Shown: positions 40,007 to 51,906 of the stretch, one piece after another
Layout: each line of letters begins with the position of its first letter
Position numbering within the stretch: the first letter of the stretch is position 1
Assembly: GCA_963733375.1 (NCBI GenBank)
Contig: CAVTDB010000003.1
Span: forward strand, 192,001 to 256,000
Length of the DNA: 64,000 bases
DNA from: Nitrospirota bacterium
Lineage (GTDB): Bacteria > Nitrospirota > JACRHJ01
Direction: 5' to 3'
Notes under the pieces: model-generated
Database searches by the model: none
Told to the model about the DNA's origin: nothing
Seen by the model: only the letters and a program-made list of their open reading frames with translations
Position numbers and translations under genes: made by a program

Positions 40007-41206
40007 ATGGATATACAGAGCCCGGGAAGCCTTTCGATTAATGACATACTCAAAACGTCCGTCGAACGGCGCGCATCGGACGTTCATATAAAGGTGGGAA
40101 GCCCGCCCGTACTACGAATTGACGGAAAGCTTACGCCGATGCTGGAGCAGAAGCGCCTTACCCAGGAAGACGTGGTGAAGCTCGCGTTCTCCATGATGAA
40201 CCAGACGCAGCGCGAGAAGTTCAAGGCAAAGAACGAAGCGGACTTCGCGTACGGCGTCCCCGGGCTTGGGCGGTTCAGGGTGAACGTGTTCATGCAGAGG
40301 GGCACCGTCGGCACGGTTATGCGCGCCATACCCACCAAGATAGCCTCTATCGAAGACCTGACGCTCCCGCCGGTAATCTCCAAGCTCGCACAGGAGCCGC
40401 GCGGTTTAATACTCGTCACAGGCACCACCGGAAGCGGCAAGTCCACCACGCTCGCCTCGATGATAGACCATATCAACGCGACCAGGACCGAACACATCAT
40501 GACCATAGAGGACCCTATCGAGTTCCTCCACAGGGACAAAAAATCCCTCGTGAACCAGCGCGAGATAGGGATGGATACGGAGTCGTTCTCCCTGGCGCTC
40601 CGCTCCGCGCTCAGGCAGGACCCGGATATTATACTCGTCGGCGAGATGCGGGATTACGACACGATAAGCACCGCGCTTACCGCCGCGGAGACGGGCCATT
40701 TAGTCCTTTCCACCCTCCACACGGTTGACGCCGTGGAGACTATAAACCGCATAATCTCGGTTTTCCCGCCGTACCAGCAGAAACAGGTGCGCCTTCAGCT
40801 CTCTGCGGTACTGAAGGGCGTCGTGTCCCAGAGGCTCATCCCCCGGGCGGACGGAAAGGGACGTGTCCCGGCCTGCGAGATACTGGTCGTGACGGGTACG
40901 ATAAAGGAATGCATCGTAGACCCCGATAAAACCAGGAACATCCATGACCTGGTCGCGTCGGGCGGCTCGCAATACGGTATGCAGACATTCGACCAGTCGC
41001 TCTACGGCCTTTACAAGGCGGGGCTGGTCACCTACGAGGAGGCTCTCAGGAGAAGCTCCAACCCGGACGATTTCGCCCTTAAAATTCGCGGCATCACCTC
41101 CACCTCCGACGATACCTGGGAAGACGCTTCCTCCGGCGGCGTCTCGTCCGGGTTTAATAAACCGGGTGAATCCGGCGGCTTCAAGATCGACCGGCTTGGC
41201 GATTGA
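40007..41206 (+). CDS. pilT: Type IV pilus retraction ATPase PilT/PilU
   Basis: ASDVHI, GTTGSGKST, TIEDPIE, ALRQDPD, AAETGHLV, GMQTFDQ. Confidence 0.93.
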   Translation: MDIQSPGSLSINDILKTSVERRASDVHIKVGSPPVLRIDGKLTPMLEQKRLTQEDVVKLAFSMMNQTQREKFKAKNEADFAYGVPGLGRFRVNVFMQRGTVGTVMRAIPTKIASIEDLTLPPVISKLAQEPRGLILVTGTTGSGKSTTLASMIDHINATRTEHIMTIEDPIEFLHRDKKSLVNQREIGMDTESFSLALRSALRQDPDIILVGEMRDYDTISTALTAAETGHLVLSTLHTVDAVETINRIISVFPPYQQKQVRLQLSAVLKGVVSQRLIPRADGKGRVPACEILVVTGTIKECIVDPDKTRNIHDLVASGGSQYGMQTFDQSLYGLYKAGLVTYEEALRRSSNPDDFALKIRGITSTSDDTWEDASSGGVSSGFNKPGESGGFKIDRLGD

Positions 41207-41677
41207 GCGGGGACAGGGAACTGAAGAGGGCGCGGGAGCTGGCCTACAGGTATCTCGCGCTCCGCGACAGAAGCATCAAAGAGCTTCGGGATTATTTCTG
41301 CCGCAAGGAAGTCCCGGCCGATATTGCGGAAACGGTGCTTGCAGAGTTCATCCGGTACGGGTATTTGGACGACCGCCGGTTTGCCGTCCTCGTTCGCCAG
41401 AGGCTTAATCGAGCGCAGGGGGCTATCCCGGTACGCCCTTAAGATGGAGCTTAAGAGAAAGGGCGTCCCGGAGGGCGACATAGAGGAAGCGCTGGAAGGG
41501 CTTTTCGGGGAAGACGGGTATGACGAGGACGGCATAGCCCTGGCTATAGCGCGCAAAAAGGCTGATTCCATGCGTAACTTGCCGCCGGACAAGGCGAAAA
41601 GGCGGTTGACCGATTATCTGCGCAGGCGTGGATTTTCTTTTGAAGCCGTGAGAAAAGCTATGAACGGGATTATTTAA
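41203..41677 (+). CDS. recX: RecA regulator RecX (frameshifted)
   Basis: YLALRDRSIKEL, GYLDDRRFA, ELKRKGV, YLRRRGF. Confidence 0.9.
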
Positions 41678-41744
41678 AATTTGACTTTTCAGTACATATT
41701 CAAGTATAATTCGTAATAATGTTTGGCATTTGGAGGTTAAACCC

Positions 41745-41933
41745 ATGATAGAAAATCTGTTCCGCCCGATGCACCTTCTTCTGGTGCTGCTTATCGCTTT
41801 AGTCGTGTTCGGCCCCGGGAAGCTCCCGCAGATAGGCAAGGGCTTAGGCGAGAGCATCCAGAACTTCAAGAAGGCGATGAACGGCAGCAAAGAAGAAGAG
41901 CCGAAGAAGGAAATCCCCGCCGACAGCAAGTAG
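41745..41933 (+). CDS. tatA: Twin-arginine translocase subunit
   Basis: VVFGPGKLPQIGKGLGESIQNFKKAM. Confidence 0.93.
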   Translation: MIENLFRPMHLLLVLLIALVVFGPGKLPQIGKGLGESIQNFKKAMNGSKEEEPKKEIPADSK

Positions 41934-42104
41934 GTAACTGGTCAGCCGGGTCGGTCGTCATAGCAAACCATTATGCGGAACTATAACAAGTGGGCGGGAC
42001 GGGTATATGCCGGACCGCCTTTTTTATCCTTTACGCAGAACCGCCTTTTTTTTGTGTATTTATTACGGATCGCCTTTTTTGTCTGCCGGACCCTTCCGGA
42101 CCCC

Positions 42105-43147
42105 CTAAACCCCGACTTGCATTACTAATTTCCCCTGGACGTGCCCCTCTTCCAGCAGCCTGTGGGCCTTTTGCACTGTCTCGGCTGTTAGATTCCCAAG
42201 CACCTTGACCCTCGGGGGCGCGATCTTCCCGCAGTCGAGCCAGCCGCCGATTTCAGAAAGTTTCCTCCCGTACTGCGCCCAGCCGGAAGGCTCGCCCGAT
42301 TTAGCCCTTGCCAGCACATACTCGAAATGGAACGAGGCGGAACGGTAGAAGATCGGACTTCCTCCGGCGCTGAAGATATCATAGGAAAAATCTTCCGGCT
42401 CCGCCACCGTCGAGACTACGCGCCCCTCGTCCCCGACCAGTTGCAGACACAGCTTCTTCATGAATCCGCCCACAAAATCAAAACAGATATCCGGACGCCT
42501 GCCGCCGGAAAGATTTAAATATGCCTTCTCCAGGCCCGCAAGGTCCAGCCCCTTATACATCAGGATATGCTCCGGCTTTATTCCCAGGTGGTCTATGAGG
42601 TAGTCACTGCTCGGAATCATTCCCGGCGGTGCTGAAAATTGTCGCGTGCGCACGGCGCAGGAACTGGATAGCCATCGTGCCTACCCCGCCTGAGCCGCCC
42701 GCGACAAATACCGTCTCGCTATCTTTTTTTACTCTCGCTTTTTCAAAAACGCAGTCCCAGGCCGTAAGCGCGGTGAGCGGCACGGCTGCGGCCTCAGCCT
42801 TTGAGAGACCCGGCGGCTTTTTCGCCGCGAACTGCCACGGAAAGACCGCATACTCGGCATACCCCCCGTTGCTCCTGGGGCCGCCGATGAACGCGAACAC
42901 CTCATCACCCGGCTTGAATTCGGTCACCCCCTCCCCGACTTTGTCCACGACGCCGGAAATATCCAGGCCCAGCACTGCGGGAAGGACGCCTTCGCGCATT
43001 CCCCGGCGCATCTTGTAATCTACCGGGTTAAACGCGGCGAAATGAATTTTTACCCGCATCTCGCCGGCCTTGGGCTCGGGCATCGGGCAAATCCGCGTCT
43101 TTAAAATTTTCGACCCCGCCGAAACCTTCCAGTACCACCGCTTTCAT
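42105..43147 (-). CDS. NADP-dependent quinone-oxidoreductase-type (MDR) enzyme (frameshifted)
   Basis: FNPVDYK, LGLDISGVV, GGYAEY, GGSGGVG, GHVQGKLV. Confidence 0.88.
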
Positions 43148-43235
43148 CATGCCGCCTTTCTTACTTTCTCACATAAAACAAGGGCTGGCAATGAATAGCC
43201 AGCCCTCGTTTCAATTATTCCTCCGTAATCGCTCC

Positions 43236-44393
43236 TCATGCCGCCTTTTCCGCCTTTTTCCTGTCCGCGGGCGGCACGTATTTAAGCCCCCGTTCCCCTA
43301 TATATTCGGACGTGGGCCGGATGAGCCGGTTGTCCGAGAGCTGTTCTATGATATGGCTGCACCAGCCTGCCGAGCGCGCCATGGCGAATATCGGGGTATA
43401 GGTCTCAAGCGGCAGGCCCAGGAGATAATATACCGATGCGGTGAAATAATCGACATTCGGCAGCAGCCCCTTCTCCCGCTTGACTATCTCTTCCACCTTA
43501 AGTGAGATCTCGTGCCAGCGGCAGTAGTTCTCGAACTCGCATATCTCCTTGCTCGCTTCCCTTAGTATCGGAGCGCGGGTGTCGCCGTGTTTATATACCC
43601 TGTGCCCGAAGCCCATTATCCGCTGCTTCTTGGCGAGAGCGTCCATTATCCAGGCTTCCGCCTTCTCCACCGAGCCGATTTCCAGGAGCATCTTCATCAC
43701 CGCCTCGTTCGCGCCGCCATGCAGCGGGCCTTTCAGCGTCCCGACAGCGGAGGTTATGCCGGAATAGATATCAGAGAGCGTGGATACGGTCACCAGGGCG
43801 GCAAATGAAGACGCGTTGTACTCATGTTCGGCATATATGATCATCGAGGAATCGAAAATCCTGCCCGCGGGCCCGTCAGGCTCCTTGCCGTGCAGCATAT
43901 AAAGGAAGTTTTCGGCGACCGAGAGGTCGTCCCTGGGTTCTATCGGTTTTCTTTTGTGCGGGAGCCGATAGCCGAGCGCGACCAAAGTAGGCATGACGGC
44001 TATTATCCTGGCGGCTTTGCGCAGGTTGGCTTCCCTGGAGTTATCCCATGCGTCGGGGTCGTAAAGCGCCGCAAGCGATATCCCGGTACGCAGAAGGTCC
44101 ATGGTGTGGGATTTCGGGGGCACTCTCCTGTAGAGGTCTATAATCTCGTCGGGGACCTCCCGCTCCGATTTCAGCGTATCTGAAAACTCCTTCAGTTCGC
44201 CTTCCGTGGGAAGCTCCCCGTAAAGCAGAAGATATGCCGTCTCCTCGTATGTCGATTTGACCGCCAGTTCCCGGATGTCATATCCCCGGTAGGTAAGCGT
44301 CGCCCGCTCCGGGTCTATCTCGCATACACTCGTCTTCCCGGCGACTATCCCTTCAAGCCCCGGGCTATAGCATTTCTCCTTGTCCTCTTCCAT
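43236..44393 (-). CDS. Citrate / 2-methylcitrate synthase
   Basis: AEHEYNAS, GPLHGGANE, MGFGHRVYK, PNVD, RLIRP. Confidence 0.95.
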   Translation of the reverse strand: MEEDKEKCYSPGLEGIVAGKTSVCEIDPERATLTYRGYDIRELAVKSTYEETAYLLLYGELPTEGELKEFSDTLKSEREVPDEIIDLYRRVPPKSHTMDLLRTGISLAALYDPDAWDNSREANLRKAARIIAVMPTLVALGYRLPHKRKPIEPRDDLSVAENFLYMLHGKEPDGPAGRIFDSSMIIYAEHEYNASSFAALVTVSTLSDIYSGITSAVGTLKGPLHGGANEAVMKMLLEIGSVEKAEAWIMDALAKKQRIMGFGHRVYKHGDTRAPILREASKEICEFENYCRWHEISLKVEEIVKREKGLLPNVDYFTASVYYLLGLPLETYTPIFAMARSAGWCSHIIEQLSDNRLIRPTSEYIGERGLKYVPPADRKKAEKAA

Positions 44394-44633
44394 ATCCGCC
44401 TCCTTCTAAAAGTATAGCAAAAATAGCGGCATTAGAGGGATTTCGACCCGTAATTTGGGCCGCATAGAGTTTTCCGGGTCTGATACAGGTATTGCACCGC
44501 CATGACCGGAGGCGGCACGGGGCCTTTGGGGGCTTTTGGCTTGCTATAGTGAAATGAGTCGAGAAAGGAACTGCGGGAAGGTTATGGCAGAGTCCGAAGT
44601 GGGGAAGAGGTCTATTTTTACTTAATGCCGCGA

Positions 44634-45590
44634 TTAAACCGCCAGGTTTTCCAGGGTGAGTTCGGCGAGAAATTTTATAAATTCCGCGTCGTCGTCGAAA
44701 TTTTTTATCCTCGCATATTTCATCCCCAGCGACTCGGCCAGGGATTTTTGCAGGATGTCGCAGTCGTATAGGGTTTCGATATTCTCCGCCACGAAGCTTA
44801 TCGGCGCGAGCGCCACGCCCTTCACCCCTTCGGCTGCAATCTGCCGCAGTACCGCGTCCGTCTCCGGCTTCAGCCATTCCATACCGGCGCGGCCTTTGCT
44901 CTGGAAGCCGACCTGCGCGACTCTATCCCCAAGCTCCTCCTGGAGCATCGCCGCCGAATGCATTACGTTGTCCAGGTAAGGGTCGCCTTCGCGGATTAAG
45001 TCCTCCGGCAGGCTGTGGGCCGAAAGCACCGCCGCGACCTTCCCCGCCCCAGAAACCTTCGAGAGCGCCGCCAATGTCCTGTCCGCCAGCAGCCTGATAA
45101 ACCTCGGGTCCGCGCCGAACCCTTCATGGAAAACCATCTCCGGCGGGTCCATGTCCTTTTCCATCAGTTTTTTTAAAATGTCGAAGCTGGAGCCTGTTAT
45201 CGCGGGCGAGAAGTGCGGGTACAGGGGCAGGGCGAGCAATTTTTTTACGCCGTCTTTCTTTATCTCCCGGTAAGCGTCCTGGACGGAAGGTTGCGTGTAC
45301 CTGTTGGAGTGATAGACGGATATATTTTGCCCTTTTAATAACTCCCGGAGCGCATCCGCCTGTCTCCGTGTAATCGCGTCCATGGGAGAGCCGCCGCCGA
45401 TTGCCTGGTATTTCTCCCTCACCGGCTCTTTTTTCATGATGGAGATATATGCCGCGAGGAAAGGACGGAGCGGCCCTGGCACACCACGCAGGATCAGCGG
45501 GTCCATGAAGAGCTTCATCAGATAAGGGAAAACCCCGCCTAAAGTGGCGGGGTCTCCCATAGTGATAAGCAGTACGCCTTTTTTATCCAT
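44634..45590 (-). CDS. hemH: Ferrochelatase
   Basis: YQAIGGGSP, LYPHFS, SAHSLP, FQS..WLKP, SFVAENIETLYD. Confidence 0.93.
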   Translation of the reverse strand: MDKKGVLLITMGDPATLGGVFPYLMKLFMDPLILRGVPGPLRPFLAAYISIMKKEPVREKYQAIGGGSPMDAITRRQADALRELLKGQNISVYHSNRYTQPSVQDAYREIKKDGVKKLLALPLYPHFSPAITGSSFDILKKLMEKDMDPPEMVFHEGFGADPRFIRLLADRTLAALSKVSGAGKVAAVLSAHSLPEDLIREGDPYLDNVMHSAAMLQEELGDRVAQVGFQSKGRAGMEWLKPETDAVLRQIAAEGVKGVALAPISFVAENIETLYDCDILQKSLAESLGMKYARIKNFDDDAEFIKFLAELTLENLAV

Positions 45591-45603
45591 TTTTTTAAAA
45601 TTC

Positions 45604-45700
45604 TTACTTTTCTTTCAGGTGAAAGAAAAGTAACAAAAGAAAGCCGGATGTGAAAATAAGTTTAAAAGTTTTTGGTGTTACCTTTTTACAAAAAGGTAAC
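45604..45700 (+). repeat. Dispersed repeat copy 6
   Basis: Both hairpins and AAAAGAAAG mirror tract. Confidence 0.9.
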
Positions 45701-45704
45701 GGTT

Positions 45705-46755
45705 TTAGCTTTTTACCCTGTGCGATTCCCCGTGTTTATGCACGAAATCCACGAGCGCCTTCACGTGGTCCGGCGGGGTCTCCGGGACGATTCCATGCCC
45801 GAGGTTGAATATATGCCCCGTATCGCCCGCGGCGGCCAGAATTTCCTTCACCCGCTTCTCTATCTCCGGTATCGGCGCGAGCAGGAATATCGGGTCCATG
45901 TTCCCCTGGACGGCCTTTGGCGCCCACCTGCCTCCTGGCCTCGGCGATATCGATGCGCCAGTCTATGCCTATCACCTCGCCGCCCGCCTGGGCGACCAGC
46001 GGCAGGAAGCCCTGGCTGTTCCCGACGAAATTGATTACGGGCACCTTTTCGCCTTCGGGCGATTTTTTTATGCCCTCGATAATCCGCCTGGTGTACGGCA
46101 GGACGTAGTTCAGATAATCCGCCGGAGACAGCACGCCGCCCCAGGTATCGAATATCTGTATCGCCTGAGCGCCGGCATCCACCTGCATGTTCAGGTACCT
46201 GATTACCGTCTCCGTCAGCTTCTCCATCAGGGAGCGAAAAATCTTCGGTTCCCGCCACATCATTTTTTTGAGGTTCTGAAAGCTCTTGCTCCCGCCGCCT
46301 TCCACCATATAGCTGGCAAGCGTAAAAGGCGCGCCCGCGAAGCCTATGAGCGGCACATTGCGGGACTCCAGCTCGCGCCGGAGTAGTTGAATCGTCTCCG
46401 CGACGAACGGGACGTCCGCTTCCGGTTCTATTACCCGGAGCGCGTCCACGTCGGCCTGCGTGCGAACAGGTTTCTCGAATACCGGGGCCGGGTTGAAGTC
46501 CAGCTTCAGGCCCATCGGCTCGATGGGGACCAGGATGTCGGAGAATACAATCGCCGCGTCCAGGCCGAACTTGTCAATCGGCTGGAGCGTCACCTCGGTG
46601 CATAACTCAGGCGACTTGCAGAGCGTAAGGAAATCCACCTTCGCCCTGACCGCCCGGTACTCTTCCATGAACCGCCCCGCCTGGCGCATGAGCCAGATGG
46701 GCGTCCTGTCAACGGGCTGGGAAAAGCAGGCTTTAATAAATCGGTAATCGGACAT
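45705..46755 (-). CDS. hemE: Uroporphyrinogen decarboxylase (3' frameshift)
   Basis: PIWLMRQAGR, DAAIVFSDIL, GAPFTLASY, IFNLGHG. Confidence 0.95.
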
Positions 46756-47192
46756 GAACGTCTCCAGGATTAAAGTCCCACTTTCTTTTAAAAAAGAAAG
46801 CGCCAAAAAAATTGCTATTACTACCAAAAATACTTGCAATAGACATTTGTATTAAATACCTTTATCCAGCCTCTTTTAGGACGAAAGGTCCAGATATCTC
46901 GAAGACTAATTTCCATTATCACGGAAAGCGGAATAATAAATGTGTTAGGTAATATTATGAATATTAACCATCCCCTAATACGATTGACAAAAAAAGCAAC
47001 AATCGAACTGGCAATAGAGATGACGAAATTTATTTAATTGTCGGGTCTTTATCCATGACTTCGACAAGAGCATTTACAGGATACAATAATGAACCGATAA
47101 AAAATGCCATTATTCCGAGCAATGATAACTTCTTTGGAAATCGCCCTTCTGCCTATTTCAAATAATGCATGTCAGAAAAGACAATATCCATT

Positions 47193-48281
47193 TTATTTCT
47201 TCCCCGCCTTGTCCTTCTGCATCCTCACCGGCGTATAGTTGCAGAACGGCTCCTCTTCGAGGTAATCGCCGTAGACCGCGTCGGCTCTCGCGCGGCATCC
47301 GCCGCAGACGTTCACGTACTCGCAGACGCCGCATTTGCCCTTGTATTTTTTGAAGTCCCGGAGGTCGTGGAACAGAGGCGCGTTCTCCCATATATCCTTG
47401 AACGGCGTCTTCTTCACGTTGCCCGCGGAGTGCGGGAAGTAGCTGCACGGGAATACCTCGCCCTCGGCTGTGATGAGGCATATCACCTGCCCCGCGAGGC
47501 ACCCCTTCGAGCCGCCCGTGGAGAATTTCAGCGTCCGCCTCTCCAGTTTGTCGCCTTCTTCGGCAAGCTTGTTCATCTGGGGCACGATGCGGTAATAATG
47601 CGGCGCGCATGTCGGGCGCATGAGCATATCAGACTCATTTTTTTCGGTCTCGTAATGCCATTTGAGCAGGTCTTCGTAGTCTTCCTTGGAGATAAGTTCG
47701 GACATTATATCCTCGCCCCGGCCGGTCGGCACGATCATGAACATATACCATGCCTTCGCGCCAAGCTTCTTGGCGAGCTTCATAACTTCCGGTATCTCAG
47801 CCTGGTTCCTTTTCGTGAAGGATGAGTTTATCAGGAACTCGATGCCGTGCTTGTTGAAAAGCGCGGCGGCGCGCACCACGCCCTCGAACGCCCCCGGCTG
47901 GCCGCGGAAGTTGTCGTGGACGGCGGCATTAGACCCGTCCAGACTCATAGAGACCATTTTGATTTTGGCCTCCTTCATCTTCTCGCAGACTTCGTCCGTG
48001 ACCAGGAAGCCGTTCGTGGCGATGCACATCCGAAGGCCAAGTGACGTCCCATACGAGGCTATCTCGAACAGGTCCTTGCGCAGCAGCGGCTCGCCGCCGG
48101 AGAGCACTATGACGGGGGTGGAGAACGAGGCTATATCGTCAAGGAGTTTTTTGGCTTCATCGGTATTAAATGCCGTATCGAATGAATTGCTGGTGGAGGC
48201 GGAGCGGCAGTGGACACAGTTGAGGTTGCATCGGCGGGTTACTTCCCAGGCTATCCACTTGGGGACAAAATCCATGTTCAT
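47193..48281 (-). CDS. Radical SAM/SPASM heme-biosynthesis protein (AhbD/NirJ-like)
   Basis: [42 protein letters not shown]. Confidence 0.85.
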   Translation of the reverse strand: MNMDFVPKWIAWEVTRRCNLNCVHCRSASTSNSFDTAFNTDEAKKLLDDIASFSTPVIVLSGGEPLLRKDLFEIASYGTSLGLRMCIATNGFLVTDEVCEKMKEAKIKMVSMSLDGSNAAVHDNFRGQPGAFEGVVRAAALFNKHGIEFLINSSFTKRNQAEIPEVMKLAKKLGAKAWYMFMIVPTGRGEDIMSELISKEDYEDLLKWHYETEKNESDMLMRPTCAPHYYRIVPQMNKLAEEGDKLERRTLKFSTGGSKGCLAGQVICLITAEGEVFPCSYFPHSAGNVKKTPFKDIWENAPLFHDLRDFKKYKGKCGVCEYVNVCGGCRARADAVYGDYLEEEPFCNYTPVRMQKDKAGKK

Positions 48282-48371
48282 CTTTTTACACTCCCAGTAT
48301 GAAAAACTCTTGCAAATGCGTGAGCTTAATATAGCACAGGCGGCTTACCGAAAGCAACCTGAAAGAACATA

Positions 48372-48470
48372 GTTACTTTCTTTTCGAGAAAAGAAAGTAA
48401 CACAAAGAAAAGCGAAACTGTCCGGCTTTCTTTTGGGTACCTTTTCCTTTCACCTGAAAGAAAAGGTACG
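48372..48470. repeat. Dispersed repeat copies 7 and 8 (opposite orientations)
   Basis: GTTACTTTCTTTTC/GAAAAGAAAGTAAC-AC-AAAGAAAAG followed by an inverted unit. Confidence 0.9.
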
Positions 48471-48529
48471 GTTTTCTGCTATACTTTTAAGAATAGGGGT
48501 ATAGTATTTATAAATTCGGAGGGGTTATC

Positions 48530-50625
48530 TTGAAAAAAATGGGCAAAGACGCGCTTTGCATTAATACCATACGTTTCCTGGCGGTGGACGCCGTCCAGAA
48601 TGCCGATTCCGGACATCCCGGCATGCCCATGGGCATGGCCCCCACGGCATATCTCCTGTGGACGAAGTTATTGAAATATAACCCGAAGAACCCCCGCTGG
48701 CCGGACCGGGACCGTTTCGTCCTCTCGGCCGGGCATGGGTCCATGCTCCTTTACTCGATGCTCTTTTTAACGGGATACGACTTAAGTCTCGACGACATAA
48801 AAAGTTTCCGCAAATGGGGGAGCCGCACGCCCGGCCACCCTGAATACGGGGTTACTCCCGGCGTCGAGTGCACGACCGGGCCCCTTGGCCAGGGGTTTGC
48901 GAACGGGGTCGGCATGGCCATCGCCGAGCGGTATCTGGCGGCCAAGTTTAACCGGCCCGGCCATGAGATAGTGGACCATTACACGTTCGTCATCTGCAGC
49001 GACGGGGACATGATGGAAGGCATATCTTCCGAGGCGGCGTCCCTGGCAGGGCACCTGGGCCTTGGAAAGCTCATTTATATATACGATAACAACCACGTCA
49101 CCCTTTCCGCGGACACGAAACTCTCGTTTACCGAAGACGTGAACAGACGCTTCGACGCCTACGGCTGGCATACCCAGAGCGTGGAGGACGGAAACGACCT
49201 GGACGCCATATTAAAGGCCGTAACGGCGGCGAAGGAAGATATAAAAAGGCCGTCTCTCATTTCCGTCCGGACACACCTGGGCTACGGGAGCCCCAACAAG
49301 CAGGACAGCTTCGAGGCGCACGGCTCGCCGCTGGGCGTCGAGGAGGTGCGCCTCACGAAGGATAATCTCGGATGGCCTCCGGACGAGGTATTCTACGTGC
49401 CGGACCAGGCGCTTAAGGTTTTCCGGGAGGCCGGAGAGAAGGGCCCGGGACGGGAAGAGGAATGGACGGAGCTTATGCGCTCTTACGGCAAAAAATATCC
49501 GGAACTCCTGACCGAGTGGGAGCTGATGACCGGGCCGAAGCTCCCGGAAGGCTGGGACCGGGACATCCCGGTGTTCGCTCCGGACGCCAAAGGGATGGCT
49601 ACCCGTTCCGCCGGAGGCAAGGTGCTGAACGCCCTGGCGGAGAAAATCCCGTCGCTTATCGGCGGTTCCGCAGACCTGGACCCGTCCACGAAGACGGCGA
49701 TGGAGGGGCGGGGGGATTTCCAGCACAACGGTAATGGCGACGAGGGCATCCAGGGGGCGGTGGCGGGCCACTGGGGCTACGGCGGGGCAAATATCGCATA
49801 CGGTGTACGAGAACACGCAATGGGGGCTATCAGCACCGGGATGTCCCTGCACGGCGGACTTATCCCGTTCACTGCCACGTTCTTCGTCTTTTCCGACTAC
49901 ATGCGCCCCGCAATCCGTCTGGCCGCGCTCAGTTCGGCCAAGGTCATATACGTCTTCACCCATGACTCCGATCGCGTTGGGCGAGGACGGCCCTACGCAC
50001 CAGCCGTCGAGCAGTTGGCGTCGCTGCGGGCGATGCCGGGGATACGGGTGATCCGTCCGGCGGACGCCAACGAGACGGCCGAGGCGTGGAGGTCGGCTAT
50101 TATGGAGAAGGAAGGGCCGGTCGCCCTGGTGCTCACAAGGCAGAACGTCCCGGTAATCGACCAGGTAAAAATATTCTCTCGCGTCGGGCCTTCACATGGG
50201 TGCATACATCCTTGCGGACGCGCCGAAGGGGCGGCCGGAGCTTGTAATCATCGCCACCGGCTCGGAGGTCCACCTGGCGCTGGAGGCGTACGAGAAGCTT
50301 ATCAAGGAAGGCGCGGCGGTCCGGGTGGTAAGCATGCCTTGCTGGGAGAGTTTCGAGAGGCAGTCGGCGGAGTACCGTGACAAGGTGTTGCCCCCCGGCA
50401 CGGCAAGGGTAACCGTGGAGGCCGCGTCAACTTTCGGCTGGGAAAGATACGCCGGGCATGGAAGGGATATCCATCGGTATAGACCGTTTCGGGGCTTCCG
50501 CCAAGGGAAGCGTCAACCTTGAGAAATTCGGTTTCACCGCGGAGAATATTATAGAGAAGAGCAGGAAACTTCTAAGCCAGGGCGAAGGGGGACGAAAACA
50601 AAAGGCCGCGGGGAAATTATCATAA
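48530..50625 (+). CDS. tkt: Transketolase (frameshifted)
   Basis: [38 protein letters not shown]. Confidence 0.96.
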
Positions 50626-50637
50626 AGGAGACTTAAC

Positions 50638-51784
50638 ATGGCAGGCAATCCTTTATTGGAACTGAACCAGGCCGGGCAGAGCGTCTGGCTGGATTTTCTA
50701 AGCCGCGACATAATCCGCTCCGGTGAACTGAAAAGGCTCATTGCAGGAAGACGGCGTCTGCGGCGTCACTTCCAACCCTACCATATTCCAGGGTGCGATA
50801 GAGGGAAGCGACATCTACGACACGCAGATAAAGGACCTGGTGGAACGCGGGGTCACGGAGCCGAAAAGAATATACGAGGCGCTCACTACGGAGGATATCC
50901 GGGAGGCCGCCGATATCCTTAAGGAGGCCTATGACAAGTCCGGCGGGCAGGACGGGTTCGTCAGCATCGAAGTCTCGCCTGAGCTGGCCCGGGACGCGCA
51001 GGGCTCTATAAGTGAGGCGAAGCGGCTTTTCGCCGAGATAGGCAGGAAAAATATTTTTATAAAGATACCCGGCGTGCCCGAGGGCGCGGAAGCTATCGAG
51101 GCGCTGATTGAGGACGGGATCAACGTAAACGTGACGCTCCTTTTTTCCGTGCAGAGGTACGAGGCGGTGGCGGCCGCCTACCTTAAGGGGATAGAGAAAA
51201 GGATAAGCGCCGGGAAGCCGGTCTCGGAGATCCGCTCCGTCGCAAGCTTCTTCGTCAGCCGGGTGGATACCCTCTTCGACATGATGCTGAACGAGAAGCT
51301 CCCGGCGGCCGGCACCGAGATCGAGGAGCGCAGGATAATGAACCTGTACGGGAAGGTCGGCGTAGCGAACTGCAAGCTCGCGTATCAGAAGTACAAGGAG
51401 CTTTTCTTGAGCACGAACTTCAGGCTTATCCGGGAAAAGGGCGCAAACGACCAGAGGCTCCTGTGGGCTTCGACCGGGACGAAGAACCCGAAATACAGCG
51501 ACATCAAATATGTCGAAGAGCTTATCGCGCCCGATACCGTAAATACCATGCCGCTAAAAACCATGACGGCGTTCAAGGACCACGGCAAGGTCAAAGTGGC
51601 GATAGAGCAGGACATACAGGACGCGCGCGACGTGTTTGAAAAGCTTGCATCTATCGGCATTAACCTGGAACAGGCGACGGTGCAGCTTGAGGAAGAGGGA
51701 GTAAAAAAATTCAGCGATTCCTATAACGACGTGCTCGGCGCGATTGCCAAGAAAGTAGAGGGCATTAAGACGAAAGCCGCATAA
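50638..51784 (+). CDS. tal: Transaldolase (5' frameshift)
   Basis: GQSVWLD, GVTSNPTIF, IKIP, VASFFVSRVD, LWASTGTKNP. Confidence 0.95.
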
Positions 51785-51792
51785 GCAAAACC

Positions 51793-51885
51793 GTTCTTTT
51801 CTTTCACGGGAAAGAAAAGAACCAAAAGAAAGCGGGTCTAAACGGCCCAAAAGTTTTTGGCGCTACCTTTTTCCAAAAAGGTAGC
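51793..51885 (+). repeat. Dispersed repeat copy 9
   Basis: GTTC/GAAC and GCTACC/GGTAGC stems. Confidence 0.9.
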
Positions 51886-51906
51886 AGATTTCAAGGGGGA
51901 ACAAGA

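Noticed and set aside
38968-41677. pilT between recA and recX
   Set aside because: As recalled, a common arrangement in deltaproteobacteria-like genomes; ordinary.
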